Shown here one piece after another: positions 46,960 to 58,991 of a DNA stretch of 64,000 nucleotides. Within the stretch, counting starts at the first letter, position 1; each line of letters opens with the position of its first letter. The translations under genes and the position numbers were made by a program. Source of the stretch: Scyliorhinus canicula (taxonomy: Eukaryota); NCBI RefSeq assembly GCF_902713615.1, contig NW_024055478.1, positions 864,363 to 928,362 on the forward strand, given 5' to 3'. The notes beneath the pieces are model-generated. The model saw only the letters and a program-made list of their open reading frames with translations. It was not told the origin of the DNA and ran no database searches.

Positions 46960-47290
46960 ATTGTCGCTGGACTAGTAATCCAGAGACCCAGAGTCAAGCT
47001 CTGGGGACCCGGGCTTCCACCACGGCAGGTGGTGAAATTTGAATCAAGAATGATCTGGAATTAAAAGTCTAATGATGACCATGAAACCACTGTTCTGTGT
47101 AATCAAAACCCATCTGGTTCACTGATGTCCTTCAGGGAAGGACATCTGTCACCCTTAACTAGTCTGGCCTACATATGACTCCAGATGACTCCACAGCAAT
47201 GTCGTTGATTCTTAAATGCCTTCAGGGATGGGTAAGAACTGCAGGATCAGCCAGCGACATCCACATCCCATGAACGAATAAAAAGCAATT
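46960..47290 (+). mobile_element. tRNA-derived SINE with LINE-shared tail (possibly Deu-domain family)
   Basis: Central aaaacccatctggttcactgatgtccttcagggaagga; 3' tail shared with the LINE at 39650-40520. Confidence 0.55.
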
Positions 47291-47292
47291 AG

Positions 47293-47725
47293 NNNNNNNN
47301 NNNNNNNNNNNNNNNNNNNNNNNNNNNNNNNNNNNNNNNNNNNNNNNNNNNNNNNNNNNNNNNNNNNNNNNNNNNNNNNNNNNNNNNNNNNNNNNNNNNN
47401 NNNNNNNNNNNNNNNNNNNNNNNNNNNNNNNNNNNNNNNNNNNNNNNNNNNNNNNNNNNNNNNNNNNNNNNNNNNNNNNNNNNNNNNNNNNNNNNNNNNN
47501 NNNNNNNNNNNNNNNNNNNNNNNNNNNNNNNNNNNNNNNNNNNNNNNNNNNNNNNNNNNNNNNNNNNNNNNNNNNNNNNNNNNNNNNNNNNNNNNNNNNN
47601 NNNNNNNNNNNNNNNNNNNNNNNNNNNNNNNNNNNNNNNNNNNNNNNNNNNNNNNNNNNNNNNNNNNNNNNNNNNNNNNNNNNNNNNNNNNNNNNNNNNN
47701 NNNNNNNNNNNNNNNNNNNNNNNNN
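47293..47725. other. Assembly gap (run of N, about 433)
   Basis: Direct. Confidence 0.97.
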
Positions 47726-49052
47726 ATACTGTATTAGCGAGAGAAATCCAGTATTTTCACCCAGCCACAGTGAAGGAACGGCGATATATTTCCAAGTCAA
47801 AGTGTTGGGTGACTTGGAGAGGAACCTCCAGGTGTTGGTGTTCCAAAGTATCTGCTGTTCTTGTCCTTGTTGATGGTTGTAGCCGTGGGTCTGATAGGTG
47901 CTGAATATGAAACCTTCATTAGTTCCAACAGTAAATCTTGTTGCTGGCAACAATCAAGCGACTGATTTGTCCTGGATGGTGTAAAGCTTCTTGAGATTTG
48001 TTGAAGCTGCACTCCAGACAAGTGGAGAGTATTCCATTACACTTCAGACTTTTGCCTAGCAGATGATGGACAGGCTTTGGGAAATCAGGATGTGAGTTAC
48101 CCACCACCGGATTTCTACCCTTTGAACTGCTCTGGCAGCCACAGCATTCGTCTGGCTTGTCCAGTTCAGTTTCCGGTCAATGACAACCCCCAGGATGTTG
48201 ATTGTGCGGTAATCAATGAAAATAAATCTGTTGCATTATTCTGTGGGGCAAGACTTCAGCCGTGAATGAAACAGAGTCTAACAAAATAATATCAGAGAGT
48301 AGGCTTAACATAATATAAATGGAGACTTGGTTCAGTTGAACAACTGCTCCGAAATGGCAACTTCTAACATGTACAGCAGCATGGATTCATGCATCAATTA
48401 ATTAATCCGCACATAATGTAATATTAACATATCAATGCAATGATTAAAAAGAGTCAATTGCAGTAGGGAGAGGTGTTGCTCAGTGCATTTCTGAATTAGA
48501 CTGCAACTATTTGCTAAAGCAGTAAACACAGTCTCGTGCAGTCATAACTGAGAAAGGGTGTATTGTGGCATGTATAGAAACATGGCCCTACTATTGAAAT
48601 GTTTAACTGTCGAAAGCATTCTCTACACAGGTACAATGCTGAGGGAAAGATAAAACGAAACATCGTCCTGTTCAATCATTCCAGAGACAAGACCCAGGGT
48701 AACAATACTTGTTATACGGTTAAGTACAGTGATAACTGAAGCAGGGATGAATGTAATACTACGAAACACAATGTGCCGTAAAATTAAAATAAATATATCG
48801 TCTAACTACAAGTAAAAACTCAACTAGAGTAAATTATAGAGGCCACAGAAGCATGAACTAATGCATTAGTAACTGGAATAATATCAAACGATATAAACAC
48901 TGAGAGGATCTAATTTAGAGAGAACTGAGAAAGGACTTATTTTATTTTAAACAGAGATATGGAGGAGTGTAGTAATAAATGAGAGGTAACCCATTGCCCG
49001 ATTAATATTATAAGAAGTCTTACAACACCAGGTTAAAGTCCAACAAGTTTGC

Positions 49053-49099
49053 TTCAAACACTAGCTTTCGGAGCACTGCTCCTTCCTCAGGTGAATGAA
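49053..49099 (-). ncRNA. Minimal hammerhead ribozyme motif (inverted copy)
   Basis: Exact reverse complement of 49694-49740. Confidence 0.72.
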
Positions 49100-49693
49100 G
49101 AGGTATGTTCCAGAAACATATATATATATAGACAAAATCAAAGGTGCAAGACAATGCTTCGAATGCGATCATTTGCAGGTAATTAAGTCTTTACAGATCC
49201 AAAGATAGGGGTAACCCCAGGGTATGAGGTGTGAATTGTCTCAAGCCAGGACAGTTGGTCGGATTTCGCAAGCCCTGGCCAGATGGTTGGGGGGGGGGGG
49301 GGGTGGGGGGGGGGGGGGGGGGTTCCCGGGCAGGAATGTTCCCTTCCAGTCGGGGAACACTTCAGCACCAAGGGCATTCAGCCTCTGATCTCCAGGTAAG
49401 CGTTCTCCAAGGCCGTCTTCAGGATGCAGAAAAGCGCAGAATCGCCGAGCAGAAATTTATAGCCAAGTTCCGCACACATGAGCTGGGATTCATGTCGCAT
49501 TACATTCATCCCCCAGCATCTGGCCTGGGTTTGCAAAATCCGACCAACTGTCCTGGTTTGAGACACCTCTTTAACCTGGGGTTACCCCTATCTCTGGATC
49601 TGTAAAAACGAAATTACCTACAAATGCTCGCATTCTAAGCATTGTCTGGCATCTTTTGAATTCATCAATATATATGTTTCTGGAACCTACCTC

Positions 49694-49740
49694 TTCATTC
49701 ACCTGAGGAAGGAGCAGTGCTCCGAAAGCTAGTGTTTGAA
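49694..49740 (+). ncRNA. Minimal hammerhead ribozyme motif (PLE type)
   Basis: UUCA-UU-CAC CUGAGGA A GGAGC-agu-GCUCC GAA AGCU A GUG-UU-UGAA; predicted cleavage after CUA (49731). Confidence 0.75.
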
Positions 49741-50589
49741 GCAAACCTGTTGGACTTTACCCTGGTGTTGTAAGACTTATTACTGTGCTCACCCCAGTCG
49801 AAAGCCGGCATCTCCACATCACGATTAACATTGGTATGGTCTCGCACAGTAATAACTAAAACAGGGAGAAGCGCATCATTTACAGGTACAGAAACTGGCA
49901 TTAAATAAACAGAGCCGGCGGTGTACCGGAATTACTAAAACAGAGCCTTGGTTAATACAAGTGGAGACAGTGCAGTGCAGGTTAGGTGGATTGGCCATTC
50001 TAAAAGATTTCCCCTGAGTGTGCAAAGGTTAGGTGGGTTTATGGGGATAGGGTGGAGGATTGGTCCTCAGTGGACTGCCGTTTTGGAGGGCGGGTGCAGA
50101 CTCGATGGGCCGACTGGCCTCCTTCTGCACTGTCGGGATTCTATGATTCTTTGAAAAGACCGGGATTCACAATAGCTGGGCAGTGTTCTAATGCATTGGT
50201 TACTGTTACAGGCTAAATATTCATAATAACGGAGACAGTGTGTGCAGCAATGATTAATGGAGGGGAGTCCAGAATCAGGGACACAGTCTAAGGATACAGA
50301 TGAGGATAAATTTATTGACCTAGAGTGGTGAGCCTGTGGAATTCTCTACCTAACGAAACAGTCGGGGCCAAAACATTGTATGTTTACTGGAAGGAATTAT
50401 ATATAGTTATTGTGGCTATAGGGATCATAAGATATGGAGGGAAAGCGAGAACAGTTTACTGAGTTGGATGATCAGCAACGATCAGAATGAATGGAAGAGC
50501 AAGTTCAAGGGGCCGAACGGCCTATTCCTCCACCTATTGTCTGTGCTTCTATACTTCTATTGTTCTATGTAATGCAAAAAAGCCTAAAT

Positions 50590-50950
50590 TAAATATAATC
50601 TGAAACAGGGTCTAGTACAGTAATTTCTGATACAGGGTCTAGATTAATATAAACCGAGACAAGGTTGAGTGCAGTGATTTCTGATGGGGGGGGGGAGGGG
50701 TCTTCAGTAATGTGAATTTTGACAGGGTTCTAGGGCACTAATTGCTGTTAGAGGGTCGGGATTAATATAAAGTGAGACAGATTCTACGGCCGTAATTATT
50801 GATGCAGGGTCTAGATTAACGAAAACTGAGATAAGGTCTAATGCAGAGATTACTAACTGAGGGCATACATTCGTACAAAGCGAGACAGGGTCAATTGCAG
50901 GGTCGGCCCAAGATTAATGTTAATCAATGTAGGGCCGAGTGTGATGTTCG
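50590..50950. repeat. Degenerate ~50-bp tandem repeat (related tract at ~56090-56350)
   Basis: Recurring acagggtctagattaatataaaccgagac...gtgcagtgatt.ctgat. Confidence 0.65.
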
Positions 50951-51859
50951 CCGTTACACGTTCGAGATTATATACATTAAGACATATGTGCGTTTTTTTC
51001 TGAGTGTTAGTGTATGTGGACATTTTCACACCAAACTCCTGCACAAATAATTCCTTTGTTTTATACACCAATTAATGGGACGGAGTATGGGGAACTTTAC
51101 TCTCCACATACCCTGCGTTTCTCCTGCTCTGCAGGTATCTGGTGGTACGGCAAAGAGGAAGCTTTACTCTGTTCCTCACATGCACTTTACCTGTCCTTCA
51201 CATGTTAGATGGCGGATGTTGTGGAGGGGGCTTTGATCTGTACTGTACCTGTCCTTCGAGTATTTGAGGGGAGATTGTAAAGCGAAGTTTATTCAGTAAC
51301 TAAATCTTTACTGTTGGGGCTCTGGGAGTATATAATGGGACAGGTTTTCGGAAATGTTATTCTTTATCGAAACCTGTGATGCATTTGGCCTGAGAGTGTT
51401 TAGTGGATCAGTGTGCAGGAAGCTTTACTCTGTATATAACCCCGTTCTGTACCTGGCCTGCGAGAATTTGACGGAATAGTTTAGGCAAGCAGAGCGTTAC
51501 TAAAGCTGTCCTTGGAATTCTGATGGGACACGAGGAATGGAAAGGTCTGGGACAACTATCTTAATGTCTGTGTCATATTTGAAAAGTGGGGAAAATTGAT
51601 GCTCAGGTGATTAAAGGGGCAGGAGCAGAATGTGTACAACAGTGACTAAGGGACAGAATACAGTGTAGCTGGTAACAATTGTTTCAGATTGGGTGGGGTA
51701 CAGAGTGTTATTCTCCAGTGGGTAATATTAGCAGCACTGCTTTTTCTGTTATATATTAATAGACAGGACTCGGGACTCGGGTTCACAGGATATGAATTGA
51801 AAAGTTGCATTTGTCTCCCAAATTGACAATGTAGTAAACAGGGAAGAGGATTACACACA

Positions 51860-52270
51860 TAGATACATAGAAGTTAGGAGCAGGAGGAGGCCTTTTGGCC
51901 CTTCGAGCCTGCTCCGTCATTTATCACGATCATGGCTGATCATCAATCTCAATAGCCTAATCCTGCTTTCTCCCCACAGCCTTTGATCCCATTCTCCCCA
52001 AGTGCTATATCCAGCCGCCTCTTGAACATATTCAATGTTTTAGGATTAACTATTTCCTGTGCTAATAAATTCCACAGGCTCACCACTCTTTGGGTGAACA
52101 AATAACTCCTCATCTCTGTCCGAAATGAATACTGAATCCTCAGACTATGGCCTGGTTCTGGACACACCCATCATCTGTAACATCTTCCCTGCATCTACCT
52201 TGTCTAGTCCTGTTAGAATTTTATAACTCTATTAGATCCCCGCTCATTCTTCTGAACACCAGCGAGAACA
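51860..52270 (-). mobile_element. CR1-like LINE 3' end
   Basis: Reverse complement of the CR1 tail; ORF SFRTEMRSYLFTQRVVSLWNLL. Confidence 0.8.
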
Positions 52271-53764
52271 ATCGCTGACTGCTTCATGTACACAGGCAGA
52301 TAGGTGGCAGATAAAATTCAATGCTGAGAAGTGATGCATTAAAACTAAATTTTTGAGGGGGGGGGGGTCGTTTGTATCAAAAATTAGAAAACCAAAGTTC
52401 AAAGAGAAGGCGAGAGTGCAGGTTAATTATCAGGATATTGACCGAGTAAAACGGGCCGTGAGCTCAGGGGAGGGTAGTAAAGTTTACAGAACACGTACTA
52501 GAGGAGGGAGTATGGAAAGTGGCAGGTATACAACTTCAGGCACAGCAGAAAAGTGGAGAACGATGAGAAGGGGTTGTCAACGCAGAGCTGCGGGTGTTGT
52601 ACCTGAATGTGCGCAGTATACGGAACAAGGTAAATGAACTCATTGCGTGCGTTGTAATTGGCCGGTACGGTGTTGTGGACATCACAGAGACGTGGCTGCG
52701 AGGGGACCAGGGCTGGAATCTAAATATCTAAGGATATGTGTCCTATCGAAAGGACAGGCAGATGGGAAAAGAGGGCGGGGTTGCATTGTGTGTTAATGAA
52801 ATTAACTCGACAGCAAGAAGCAGTTTAAGATCAGAAGGCATAGGATCCCTGTGGGCAGAGTTGACGAATCGCAAAGGAAAAAAGACGCTGATGAGAGTTA
52901 CGTACAGCCCCCTAGCCGTTGTGAGAATGTGGGGCACAAAATAAATCAGGAGATATAAAAACGCATATAAGAGAGGCAATATTACAATAATCATGGGGGA
53001 CTTCAATATTCAGGAGGGCAGGAAACGTCAGGTTGGTAGTAGATTCCAAGAAATTGAATTTGTGGAATTTCGATGAGAAGTTTTTTGGAGCAGCTTGTGA
53101 TCGAGGTCAGTCGAGAACAGGCAATTCTGCATTTGCTGATGTGTAATGAGCTAGACATGAATAGGGAACTTAAGGTGAAGGAACCCTCACGGGGCAGTGA
53201 CCACAATATGATTAAATTCATCCTGCAATTTGGAGGTAGAATCTGGAGTCAAATGTAACGGTATTACAATTGAATAAAGGTAACTACAAAGATAAAGAGA
53301 GGAGCTGGCCAGAGTTGATGGGAAGCAGGCAAGATAGTGGGACAGCAGTGGCAGGACGTTATGGGGATTATTCGCGAGGCACTACACAAATTAATCCCAA
53401 GGAGGAGGAACCATGCTAAGGGGAGGACAGGGCATCCATGGTTGACAAGGGAAGTCAAGGACAACATAAAAGCAAAGGAATAAGCAGACAATGTGGCGAA
53501 TATTAATGGGATGCCAGAGCATACAGAAGCCTTTAAAAGCTGATGTAATGTAAAAGCTAATAGAGATTTTTATTATTACTTTTGAACTGGGGGTACTGCT
53601 TCTACGTTTTCAGACAATGCAAAGATACGTAGAGGAATAGGTTGTGCTGAGGAAGCAGAGAGGCTGTAGAAAGACCTGGTCAGGCCAAGAGAGTGGGCAA
53701 AGAAGTAGCAGATGGAATACAATGTAGAAATGTTTGAGGTTCCGCACTTTGGAGGAAACATAGA

Positions 53765-55213
53765 GGGCGAGATTCTCCCAAAACGGGAGAAATCGTAAAG
53801 CTGCCGTAAAACCCGGGCGGGTTTTACGGCAGCGCGCCCCTTCCCGACCGGGGACCGATTCTGGTCCCCGGTCGGGGCTAGCAGCCCGACGCCGTAGGCT
53901 CCGGAAAGACGGGCTTAACGAAAATCGTTAAGCCCGCTTGCTGGAGTTAGCGCCGGCTGACGCGTCATATGACGTCAGCCGCGCATGCGCAGTTTGGAAG
54001 ACTCCAACCCGTGCATGCGCGGGTGACGTCATCGCGTTTTTGCGCGAAACCCGCGCATGCGCGGGCCGGGTTGCCCCTCAGCCGCCCCGCGAATGGATAC
54101 TGCGGGGCGGCGGAAGGACAAGTAGTGCGCAGGCATCGGGCCCGCTGCCCGCAATCGGTGCCCACCGATCGCGGGCCCATGGCACCCTTGGCACGGCCGT
54201 GGTACTGCCGTGCCAATCGGTGCCATGGTTATAAAAAGCGAGTTTGTGACGCCGTTTTTACGAACGGCAAGACCAGGGGCGAAATTCTCCGACCCCCACG
54301 ACGGGTGGGAGAATAGCGGGAGGGCCTTCCCGACATTTTTGCCGCCCTACCGCTATTCTCCCCCCCCCCCCCCCCGCCGAAGTCCCGACCCGAATCGCTG
54401 CCGCCGTTTTTTTACAGCCGGCAGCGATTCTCAGCTGTTAGATGGGCCGACGTCCCAGCCCTTTCCGCCGGCAAACACACCTGGTCTTGCCGTTCGTAAA
54501 AACGGCGTCACAAACTCGCTTTTTATAACCATGGCACCGATTGGCACGGCAGTACCACGGCCGTGCCAAGGGTGCCATGGGCCCGCAATCGGTGGGCACC
54601 GATCGCGGGCAGTGGGCCCGATGCCCGCGCACTACTTGTCCTTCCGCCGCCCCGCAGTATCCATTCGCGGGGCGGCTGAGGGGCAACCCGGCCCGCGCAT
54701 GCGCGGGTTTCGCGCAAAAACGCGATGACGTCACCCGCGCATGCACGGGTTGGAGTCTTCCAAACTGCGCATGCGCGGCTGACGTCATATGATGCGTCAG
54801 CCGGCGCTAACTCCAGCAAGCGGGCTTAACGATTTTCGTTAAGCCCGTCTTGCCGGAGCCTACGGCGTCGGGCTGCTAGCCCCGACCGGGGACCAGAATC
54901 GGTCCCTGGTCGGGAAGGGGCGCGCTGCCGTAAAACCCGCCCGGGTTTTACGGCAGCTTTACGATTTCTCCCGTTTTGGGAGAATCTCGCCCCAGGTGTC
55001 TTTGCCGTTCGTAAAAACGGCGGAAAGGGCTGGGACTTCGGCCCATCTAACAGCTGAGAATCGCTGCCGGCCGTAAAAAAACGGCGGCAGCGATTCGGGT
55101 CGGGACTTCGGCGGGGGGGGGGGGGGGGGGAGAATAGCGGGAGGGCGGCAAAAATGTTGGGAAGGCCCTCCCTCTATTCTCCGACCCGTCGTGGGGGTCG
55201 GAGAATTTCGCCC
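53765..55213 (-). mobile_element. Harbinger-type non-autonomous element/MITE (outer copy), TSD AGA
   Basis: Termini GGGCGAGATTCTCC / GGAGAATTTCGCCC; AGA at 53762-53764 and 55214-55216. Confidence 0.88.
54277..54992 (+). mobile_element. Same MITE family (716 bp, inner copy) inserted in opposite orientation, TSD CAG
   Basis: GGGCGAAATTCTCC...GGAGAATCTCGCCC; CAG at 54274-54276 and 54993-54995. Confidence 0.9.
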
Positions 55214-56352
55214 AGAGTATTTTCTAATTGGGGTAGGGCTGAGGAAATCAGAAGCTCAATTGGATTTAGGAATTCTAGTTGAGGATTATTTTAAGGTTAA
55301 CTTGCAGGATCGGTTGGCAGCAAGGTAGGCAAATGCAATTTTAGCATTCATGTTGCGAGGGCTAGATTACAGGAACAGGGATGCAACTGTTGAGGCTCCA
55401 CGAGGCTCTGGTCAGACTCTATTTGAAATATTGTGAGCAGTTTTGGTCCCCTTTTCTAAAGAAGGCCTTGGAGAAGCTCCAGAGAAGATTTACAAGACTG
55501 ACCCTCGGAATGACAGACTTTTCATAAAAGGAGCGGTTGAGGGCTCTGTATCTGTGCTGGATAGAGTTTAGAAGGATGAAGTGATGTGGGGGGAGGGGAC
55601 GCGGAGTGTGGGATTGGCGGGGGGGGGGGGGAGCGGGGGGGGGGTCACATTGAAACTTACAGAACAGCGAGAGGCCTATTAGGTGAAACTAGAACCCGAG
55701 GGTACAGCCTCAGATTTAAGGGATGATCCTCCGAAACTGAGAAGAGGAGCAATTTATTCAGCAAGAGGGTCTTGAATCTGTGGAACTCATTCCCGCAGAA
55801 GGTTGTGGAGGCCAAATCACTGAGTGTCTTTAAGATATAGATAGACAGGTACTTGATTAATAAGGGGATCAGGGATTGTGGAGAGAAGGCAGGAGAATGG
55901 GGATTATAAACATAACAGTCATGATTGAATGCGGAGCAGACTCAATCGACTGAAAGGCTGGTTTCCACTCCTATGTCTTATGATTTTATGGTAGGAAGAC
56001 CATCTATGGACGGCTTGATTGCCATCACAGATATGGTGGGTGGAAGGGCATCTTTCTATACTGTGAAACTCTCAGACTCCATGACTCTATGACAGGGTCT
56101 AAAGCAATGATCACTAATGCAGGGTGTAGATTAACCTAAATTGAGATTGAATCTCGTGCAGTGATTACTGATACAGGGTCTAGATTAACATAAACCGAGA
56201 CACGTTGTAGTGCAGCGATTACTGATACAAAGTTTGATTAACCTTAAATGAGATAGCATCTAAAGCGGTGATTATTCATACAGTATCTAGAATATTATAA
56301 ACTGAGGCAGGGTCTATTGCAGTCATTCCTGCTCAGGGTCTGGATTAATATA

Positions 56353-56836
56353 TGTGTAAACAGTTAATAGGCCAGACGATTAAAAACGTGGTCGACGAGG
56401 CCGGTTATGGGATGATTTTAATAAGGGAGTTGACGTAAAGAGGAGTAGTGTAGAAGGGACTTTAGTTTGCGGATTAGTTGCCTGAATACTCTGTATTCAT
56501 TTTAACTGGCTGCTTCACTATATTTCATGGAAATAGGCACTTGGCAAAGCATGATGGATATTTAGCCTTATTTTTAGTCAAGAAATTCTGTATGAAACAG
56601 TCAGTTTAAACAAGCATACAGCTGCACACTGTTTTGCTGACAGCAGACAACTTTTTTTTCTTAGGCAAGGAACTCAAGGCCTGTCCTAGATATTGCTTAC
56701 TGTAACTTGCTTGCCTTACCTCTGTAAAGCGGGGACATTTGGAATGACTGTGGTCTATCTAATCCCCCCACGAACTTTGTGTTAAATAAAGACCTGTGGC
56801 GAAAACTCGACGTGCTGACTATTAATTTCTTCAACA
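56353..56836 (+). mobile_element. Possible solo LTR
   Basis: TG...CA ends, about 480 bp, AATAAA about 50 nt before the end; no TSD found. Confidence 0.35.
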
Positions 56837-58514
56837 AGTAGGGAATGAATACCAGAGCTGAGGACAGAGACATATGAAGACATCGAAAAGTGAACCAAAT
56901 AATCCAGAAGATAACATTACATCTTGATCGATTGGAGTTGCAAAAAATAAGAAAAATGTTTCATATGCACACCTACACGAACGGTCAATATGTTTTTGCA
57001 GCGATTTTAGTTTTTCTTCTTAACCAGATGAGTGTTGTATGATTGGGTGGGCATTTCTCCTATGAGTGCCCACCATTACCATCGTGGCGATACTGTGAGA
57101 ACACGGTTATGTCTAACTCTGCCAGTGCATTAGGTGATGGGTTAATATATTTTAAAAATAAATTTAGAGTATCCAATTATTTTTTCCAGTTAAGGGGCAA
57201 TTTAGCGTGGCCAATCCTCCTACCCTGCACGTCTTTGGGTTGTGGGGGTGAAACCCACGCAGACACGGGGAGAATGTGCAAAATCCACACGGACAGTGAC
57301 CCAGGCCCGGGATTCGAACAGGTGATTGGTTAATATAAATCGAGGCATGAAAATAATCACCATCGTGAAAAAAAACTTTCCAATCGATAGAGCATAACAC
57401 AAGAGTAAATTCAGAATTTTGAACAAAACAGAGATTTCCTCTAAATTTTGGAAATTGTTGTGCACCGGTGTTCACATGTAGACATGTCTACCAAGACCAG
57501 TTCATTCCTGGGGTGTTGGTAAAATATTCAACTCAATATTGCCCACATGATAGCAGAGCAAATGCACATTTAATACAACTACTTATAGATATTAACAGGA
57601 ATTAACATAATCTCAAAATCAACGATGATTGTACTTGGAGAAACAAGCGAACATGTACAATCATTTGTAATATCGAGAGACAACAGGAACATGGTCCGGT
57701 GTAATATCAACAGGGACAGGCCCTGGTGTGATGTAAAGAAACAAATTTCTGTGGAATATAATAGAGACGGAACTTAATGTAATATAATCCTATGCATATT
57801 CTAGCGTATTATTAACTGAGTGTAGCACAAACAGTAGTGTAGTATAGACAGGGACAGGGATTACTTTAATAGAAATAAAGACAGGGTCTCATTTAACATG
57901 AGAATAAACAGATTTGATGTAATACAGTGCATAGAAAATAGAGCAGGAGTGGACCATTCTGCCCTTCGAGCCTGCTCCTCTATTCATTCTGATCATGGCT
58001 GATCATCCACCTCAATAACCTGTTCCCATTATCCTCCATATCATTTGGTTCCGTCAGAGTTTTGATCCCCAAGCGCTTTATCTAACTCCTTCTTGAAAAC
58101 ATACAGGGCGCGATTCTCCGGACTCACGATGGTTCGGAGAATAGCGGGCGTCGGAAATTTTTACGGCGACGCTGTTCCGACGCCCTCCCGCTATTCTCCG
58201 AACCCCGCAAATTGTCGGAGTCGCGTTTCCCGACAAACGCCTCCTTCCCGCCCCTGACACGACCAGAATCGCCACTGAGAGCCCCCCCGCTATTCACCGG
58301 CCCGGATGGGCCGAAGTCCCGACGTCATGGCGCCCTGTTTGGACGTCGTGAAACACACCTGCTTTTTAAATTCGTCAACCAGTCGGCCTGGCTGACGACT
58401 GCTTGGAGGAGGTCAGGGCACCACTCAGCGCACCGCTCAGCGCACCGTTCAGCGCACCGCTCGAGACTGGCCGCAACGGGGAAGGCATCCCTGGGAACGG
58501 GAGGGGGTCCAGAA

Positions 58515-58672
58515 CGGGGGCAGTGGGGGGGACGGAGGGGGCAGTGGGGGAGACGGAGGGGGCAGTGGGGGGCGACGGAGGGGGCAGTGGGGGAGACGGA
58601 GGGGGCAGTGGGGGAGACGGAGGGGGCAGTGGGGGAGACGGAGGGGGCAGTGGGGGGCGACGGAGGGGGGGG
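58515..58672 (+). repeat. 21-bp G-rich tandem repeat (about 7 copies) inside the Harbinger
   Basis: gggggcagtgggggagacgga. Confidence 0.9.
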
Positions 58673-58991
58673 TTAGGTAGAGAGTGAGCCGTCCAACCCC
58701 GTAACAATATGTCTGCCAGCATGCCATGGTGTGCAGGTGACGAGGACACGGCCGCTGGTTCCCCTGTGGCTTCCGGCCACAGGCCACTGACGCACCCGTG
58801 AGGAGGCCATAGTTTACTGGCCTTTGGATGCAGAAAGTGACCAGGGGTTAGGATGACCGCGTGTCAGCAGCGCGGCTAGGCCACCGGGACACACTGGTAT
58901 CCCATGGCTGGCGGCTGCCGAGGTGTCGACTAACGTCCGTCTAACATGTTCCGTTTCTCTGCCTCCCACCACCCTTCTGTAGGTTAGCACA

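Larger units (their letters stand above)
49010..49821 (+). mobile_element. Penelope-like element remnant: inverted 5' pLTR, GIY-YIG C-terminus, 3' pLTR; approximate 11-bp TSD
   Basis: GEHFSTKGHSASDLQVSVLQGRLQDAEKRRIAEQKFIAKFRTHELG; ~49010-49130 is the inverse of ~49670-49785; flanks cgattaatatt / cgattaacatt. Confidence 0.85.
52590..55990 (+). mobile_element. Internally deleted CR1-like LINE (APE endonuclease start, RT end, tail) interrupted by nested MITEs
   Basis: LRVLYLNVRSIRNK...ITETWL...YRKDR; resumes at 55217 after the MITE; tail actcctatgtcttatg. Confidence 0.8.

Noticed and set aside
47222-47953. 243-aa ORF
   Set aside because: Artefact of translating through the N gap.
51000-51650. 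Possible exon(s)
   Set aside because: Degenerate copies of a ~60-bp ctttactctgtat..ctgtacctgtcc satellite-like repeat.
53938-54819. Mirror-image 65-170 aa ORFs
   Set aside because: GC-rich non-coding MITE sequence; the symmetry comes from the inverted nested copy.
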